DNA of 64,000 bases from Rhodosorus marinus CCMP1338. Its lineage: Eukaryota; Plantae; Rhodophyta. A model generated the notes under the pieces. It did not search any database and was not told the DNA's origin. It was given only the letters and a program-made list of their open reading frames with translations. The translations under genes and the position numbers were made by a program. The stretch is from positions 1,178,001 to 1,242,000 of the forward strand of contig JAMWBK010000003.1 of the NCBI GenBank assembly GCA_029953675.1, given 5' to 3'. Positions 58,655 to 64,000 of this stretch are shown here, piece after piece; position 1 is the first letter of the stretch; each line of letters begins with the position of its first letter.

Positions 58655-61600
58655 GTGCTCTTTCCAAGTGTACCTCAGCTCTCAATAAGCGATGAGACAT
58701 GAATTATTGAACAGGCAAAAACCAATGAAATGGTACAGATTTCAACGGATTTCATGCCCCACCGGCCCCATTGACAAGGCAAATCGACGATTCCAACCGG
58801 TTCGCGAAGATTCTGAGGCCCCAATGCTTGCCCCATTGCAATGCGGGTACAAATGCTTACCCAATGATTGTGTAGGGGTTGGGTTGGTTGCAGAAGGCGA
58901 GGAGCTCGTCTGGCAGTGCCTTGTGAAACTGGTTTTGATGCGTGTGTGTGTGTTTGTTCATGGAAGGGTAAGAAAAATTTTGGTCTTTAAAGAGGTGGCT
59001 GTGCTGTTGCTGACGTGCGAACCTCATCGGAGGTGTACCCTCTCAAAGTGGTAAACAATTTGATGCGATAGGGCTGGAGTTTGGAAGACCGCTCACGTAG
59101 GATGTTGATTAAGGGGGGGAAGGTAGACAGCGGTACAAATGAGACAGTGCTGAGTCGGGAAGAGTGCGATCCCAGATGATGGCAAAACGTTGGAAGAGAA
59201 AAACTTCCACTCCTATTCTCTCATCCGTTTATTCAGATCCTAACTACCCTCAAAAGCTGGAAACAAGTGGATGAAGCGGCGTTCGTTTTTGTGAGTGCTT
59301 CGGGGATCAACTTGATCGTTGGACGCGCTTCCAACCTCGTAGTCTAGCAAGGCAAGTGCATTTATCAGACAAACCCCGTGTCCGCGCTTATCCTTGAGGC
59401 TGGTTCCTTGCGTCGAGCGTAGATATCCCTTCTCGGAGTTATTAGCTCTCGAATGGCGGTCCAGATGACCGCGCTCTTTAGGTTTCCAGGGGGTATTCGG
59501 GTTGCTGATTTCTATTGTGCTCTTCACGATCGACCTGCTCCTTTAGACTGCATCTTTACAACGGATTTCTGTAGAATTATTCAGTAGTAGATGGGGCATT
59601 CCATTTATTTTCGTTATACGAATGAGCCTCAGTATATTGTATTTTAGTTGTATGCTAATAAAGCCATAGTTGTATAGAGCGCGTATGGAGAAGGGCAACT
59701 CTTTAACTCTTTCATGAAAATATAAAGTAAAACTAAACAGCGGCATGCCACATTTCTCGCCGGGCCCCCTGAATCTGGCCCCGTTTTCACTGTTGGCCGC
59801 TCAAAGTTTATCACTATCCAATTGGGGCAAGATCCCTCGAAGGGGGCATGCCCAATTGCCCCATTTCTCGTCTGGCCTAGCTGAACAAACATTGAACAAA
59901 TTCATTCAAAAAACAACCGAGGGCCTTGTGAATGGAAATTTTTATCCAAAAAGATCTATGCTGACTGCAAAAAGACCTATGCTGATTCCAAAACGCCTTC
60001 CAATGGGATGCTGAGGGTTACTAACACAGCCGTGCTTAGTTATGGCTGACGCGGATTTAAAGAAAACATTGTAAGACCTGAGCCTCGACGCGATGTCGCG
60101 GCACCGGCGAGATAGGCGTGGTCCAACGTTGGGAACGGAGCTCTGGTTTTACCCCAGCCCAGATGTGTGCTGATTCCATAACCTTGCAATGAGCTGCTGA
60201 TGAGATTGTGTTTACTACCACAGCCTTATGCCTGGGTATTGCGAGAGCGGATGTAAAGAAAAGTAGGTGGAGAGCTGAGCTATGCAAGCCGATGTCCGGG
60301 TAGCAATGAGATCGCGAGATTCTCCAAGCTCGAGCGGAGGAAGGGCCAAGCTCTCATATTCCGCTCAGGAAAGCTCCCTGCGTTGCAATACGGAAACTTT
60401 CCAAAGAAAAAAATTGTTTTGGAACGACGCAACGTATCTCAAATCTGGAAGCTGACAAAAGCGGTCCTCCCTCGAAATAAATAGTTCGTTTTCTAATAAT
60501 AGGAGTGGTCATTAAATACTTTGCACAAAAAAAAAAGTTCGTTTCAACAGTAGAGAATAAACGAAAACAATTCGAGCGTATTGCCGAAAAAACGAAGCTA
60601 TTCGAAAACAAGTGCCGGGTGGTTGCGTATTGCTTATCAGATTTTTTGAGAATTTTCAGTCAATGGACCCAATTTTATATTGTTATTCAGTGAAGGCTTG
60701 TACTAACATGTGTACTAAGTTTTATTTTTCGGAAAAAAAGGTAGCTCCTCCTTTTCCGCATTTAATCTATAATTCTATTTTAAGCTCCGTCTCGAAACTT
60801 TGTGAAAAACAATATTCCAGCAGAAGGCGGGCTGTAGAATGGAGCAGTATTGATATGGCGAGAGACTATTTGAGCGTAATAAAGTCCAAGCATTCGAAGT
60901 TGTTCTTTTTTTTGAAGATCCTAGCAGACCCTGATTTTATTCGCCATCCGCATCTGTCAGACAACTCCTACTGGGGTCTGACTTGAGCACGCGGGGGCGA
61001 AAAAACGAGCCTTTTTGGCATGGGGCTTACTATTGGATGATTGTCGAACTACACCAAACGACCTGGATATTCTAATTGGACCCTTCCGCAATTGCGAATT
61101 TCGGCAGTGCTCCCCAAGTGGTGGGACCGAGAGGGGGGGTATTTTTTTCATCAAGGAACACTTAGAGCCATCCGCTTTCTTAATACAGCAACTCAAGTGC
61201 CCCTTGGACGAAAAGGGAATGCCAGTGGACCTTGCTCACATGAAACCTCAGGGGCAAGACGCAGGTGGGGGGGGGGGAAACACCCTCTGTAATTTTAATA
61301 AATCAAAACAAAATGAAATGTACTTTTGTGTTTTGGAGGGGTATTAGAATTTTGAAATTCGAACATCAGCTATGGTTTGTAGAAAAGGGGGAGGTAAGAA
61401 AAAGAAAGAAAGGAAGGGACTGGGCTCTAGAGAGCGGACAGGCAATGGTGCTCACCCCCAGCCGTCTACTTCTAAAAACATTTCATTGACAGCTATGGCT
61501 TGTTGGCCAGCAATGTGGTTTGTTTTGCTGAGGGTGAATGGACGCGATATGGGCTGATGGCTTCTTCTCTGGTCTTTTGTAGTTGACTGCTTCGGTGCTA

Positions 61601-61837
61601 TTTCGGGATGTGCAGGTTTCCAGTACTACCGTCCGGCTTCCGGTAGCTGAGATCCTATCGCTTTCTAGGGAAATAGTTGGAAGCTATGGACTGTGAGATC
61701 AGCAACGAAAACTGTAACCCCAGACTCATGCCGAGCAATGCGTTTTTCAGCGAGCTCCTCGCTGAGAGGATTTAAAGGCGCTCCTCCAGTAAAAGCCTGC
61801 CCTGCTGCCGAAGTCTACGTCAGTAGCTGGTAGGTTT

Positions 61838-63244
61838 GTGAATGAGAATAGTACGATGGCATCAGTAGATTCTAAGTTTGGGGAGGAGTGTGCTGTGGAC
61901 ATGCCCGGCGTCACCGGTGAGCCGGTTGATGACTTGAATGATGCGGTCGAGCAGACCAAAGACATCGAGAGCGGAGACACCGTAGATCGGGCCTGCGAGA
62001 ATCTCAGCGTTGGACTTGCGATATTCCTGCTTATCGTGGATATGGTTGGTACGGGAGTGCTGAGCGTGCCCAACTCGTTCGCGACACTAGGATGGATACC
62101 GGGACATCTTACTCTTGCGTTCTGCTGGATAATCTCGATGTTGGCGGGTGTACTGCTGTGGTACCTGCGATACAAGAAGTACGAAGTGCATTCGTACCCG
62201 CAGATGTTCAGCGCTGCCTTCGGGAAGAAGGGGTTGGTGTACGCACGATGCAACATGTACCCGCTCCTGTTCTTGTACACCTCCGCGTTCAGCTACACAC
62301 AGGCTCAAGCATGGAGCGCACTTTTTGCTGGATCCCCCGTATCGCTCAAGGAGTGGATGGTAATCGCTGGGTTCGTCTCTCTTGTTGTGCTGCAACTCAG
62401 GAGCTTCAAGGCAATGGCGCTCACGTCTATGATCGCCATTGTGACTATCATTGTCCCCGTTGGAATTTCCTTCTTCGTGTTTGCGGACATGGTGAAGGAT
62501 CCGGTGGCGTATCCGGTCGGGCCACGCGTGCTGTTTTCGTACTACGGAACATCGGATTGCGTAGTCGCCGCCATGGATATTCTGTACGCTTTTGCCGGTG
62601 CCGTCGTGTTCCTGGAGATTATGAGCACGATGAAATGCGTCAAGAATTTTCCATACGCCTTGATTGTTTCTCAGACCTTCGCGTACCTGTTCTACGTGAC
62701 TGCTGGTTCTGTAGTGTACGGCCTTGCGGGGGATGCGACGTGGCTGAAATCCCCGTTCACGAACTCGCTTCAGCCGGGAGCTGCTTCGATCGTGGCCAAT
62801 GCCTGTATTGTCATTCATGCGTCCATTGCGATCATCGTGACCGGTCAAGTGCTGATTTATGCTTTCCAGAGGGCCGCTGAGCCGTTTGTTAAGCGCATGT
62901 TTCTTGGCAGTGACAACGCTCCATACAAGGTTGCACCACTGACGTGCAACAAACCGGCGGCGTTGATGTGGTGGTTGTTGTGGTCGTTCATTGTAATATT
63001 GTTTGCAACCCTTACGAATATTATAATTCCATCTTTCCAGATCTTTCTGGCTCTAATTTCTTCTCTGATTGGCTCCCAGACCACGCTGCTTTGGCCTGCA
63101 ATCATTGATATTCATGCGTTTGCCAAAGTGAGAACGGGAAAGCAACACCTTCTAACTGCGTTTAGCGCGGTATTAGTCACTCTAGGAATTGTAGCTATTG
63201 TATTGGGGCTGTTTGGTGACATTGTTGTTATTATTCAAGAATAG
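61838..63244 (+). CDS. Amino acid permease (Aa_trans/AAAP family)
   Basis: Intronless 468 aa with about 11 TM helices. Motifs DMVGTGVLSVPNSFATLGWIPG, SYPQM..AAFGKKG, LYAFAGAVVFLEIMSTMK..KNFPYAL and LISSLIG. Confidence 0.93.
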   Translation: MNENSTMASVDSKFGEECAVDMPGVTGEPVDDLNDAVEQTKDIESGDTVDRACENLSVGLAIFLLIVDMVGTGVLSVPNSFATLGWIPGHLTLAFCWIISMLAGVLLWYLRYKKYEVHSYPQMFSAAFGKKGLVYARCNMYPLLFLYTSAFSYTQAQAWSALFAGSPVSLKEWMVIAGFVSLVVLQLRSFKAMALTSMIAIVTIIVPVGISFFVFADMVKDPVAYPVGPRVLFSYYGTSDCVVAAMDILYAFAGAVVFLEIMSTMKCVKNFPYALIVSQTFAYLFYVTAGSVVYGLAGDATWLKSPFTNSLQPGAASIVANACIVIHASIAIIVTGQVLIYAFQRAAEPFVKRMFLGSDNAPYKVAPLTCNKPAALMWWLLWSFIVILFATLTNIIIPSFQIFLALISSLIGSQTTLLWPAIIDIHAFAKVRTGKQHLLTAFSAVLVTLGIVAIVLGLFGDIVVIIQE

Positions 63245-64000
63245 GTGTTCATAGATTTTCAAATAAATAAGATATACTAGGCTATAGACTGTCTAATAAA
63301 TAGGGTTGAGACAAGTGGGTCTCTGGTTTTTCGCTGTTTACCACGCAGAAGCGGGTAAACCCACGAAAACAACGGGGCTCAGGAGGGGCCCAGGGATTAA
63401 GTAAAGTCCAGTCCATATAAGTGGGCAATAGGCGATTCCAGTGCTCCCTCCAAAATTCGGTGGGTGGGTAATGAAAAAGTTCACTCACGACTATCACGGC
63501 TCAAGGGTAGAGGGAGGGTTTTCGATTTTCAGAAACGCCCTTTGAGTCGAGCGCGGCCGAGCACGTCCAACAGCGAGGGAAGCTTGGGCGATTGGAAAAC
63601 GGTCCGTTGATAGGATGGGGAAGCAGTTCTGCGGAGGTGGTGAACTAGAGGATAAGGGATCCACAGAGTATGGGTAGAAGAGCTACTTGAGCTCGACTCG
63701 GGCTTGGGAGCATTCCCCAGATTGCAGATGATTAAGTTTCTTGGAGAAAGTGGAATCATCGTTCTTTTCACAAGAATTGGAATGCCAAGGGAGAGTCATG
63801 AAATCGAAGCGGATGCAATCAAGTCCGAACTTGTGAAAATCAAGCCTTTGTGGACCCTTCTTCCATGGACAAGTTTCTGGAGTTCTTTTCTTTGCCTAGA
63901 AGGTATTTATCATCAGTTTATTCAGGGTATTCAATAAAAGCATGACTCCTTAGCTTGTGTGTTTCAAGTTGCACAAGCTTCGGATGCCTTTCTACGAAGT

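Noticed and set aside
59240-59527. OTU-like motif GHGVCLINAL in a short minus-strand ORF
   Set aside because: Only a loose match to GDGNCLF, with no downstream His motif or context.
62087-62880. 253-aa and 262-aa alternative-frame ORFs over the permease
   Set aside because: Shadow ORFs of a GC-rich coding region.
62990-63244. Apparent GC drop at the 3' end of the permease suggesting a chimeric gene
   Set aside because: Hand counts of 60-bp lines fluctuate between about 35 and 57 percent without a clean breakpoint and track Ile/Leu/Phe-rich TM segments.

Overview
Eukaryotic nuclear DNA from a compact genome: about 25 genes with short GT-AG introns (mostly ~70-170 nt), AT-rich promoter patches and no rRNA, tRNA or CRISPR that I can support. 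The gene content (PRONE-type RhoGEF, NDK-DPY30-NMP kinase fusion, CBM20 protein, plastid-transit-like N-termini) points to an archaeplastid, most likely a red alga; this is inference. Hand-spliced genes, in order: SRP40/Nopp140, TACC-domain protein, two pyrroline-5-carboxylate reductase paralogs (the second strongly divergent), a CBM20 protein, 5-oxoprolinase, ELO elongase, a mitochondrial carrier, a TPX2-N-like protein, an NPP-family phosphodiesterase, a DnaJ-type Zn-finger protein, DUF1761, class III ADH, a BRD7/9-like bromodomain protein, CPSF30, a MIT-PRONE RhoGEF, two tandem double-YCII genes, an akirin, an NDK-DPY30-UMP/CMP kinase fusion and an amino acid permease. Repeats and decayed retroelements cluster at ~9.3-9.9, 21.6-23.3, 33.1-34.2 and 48.3-49.4 kb, and in a gene-free island at ~53.9-61.7 kb that holds two long hairpins. 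Best leads: the MIT-PRONE fusion (possible ESCRT-III to Rho signalling link), the akirin with an intact C-terminal SYVS motif, the degenerate P5CR paralog beside 5-oxoprolinase, and the four-domain YCII pair. All family assignments come from motif recognition by eye, not database searches.
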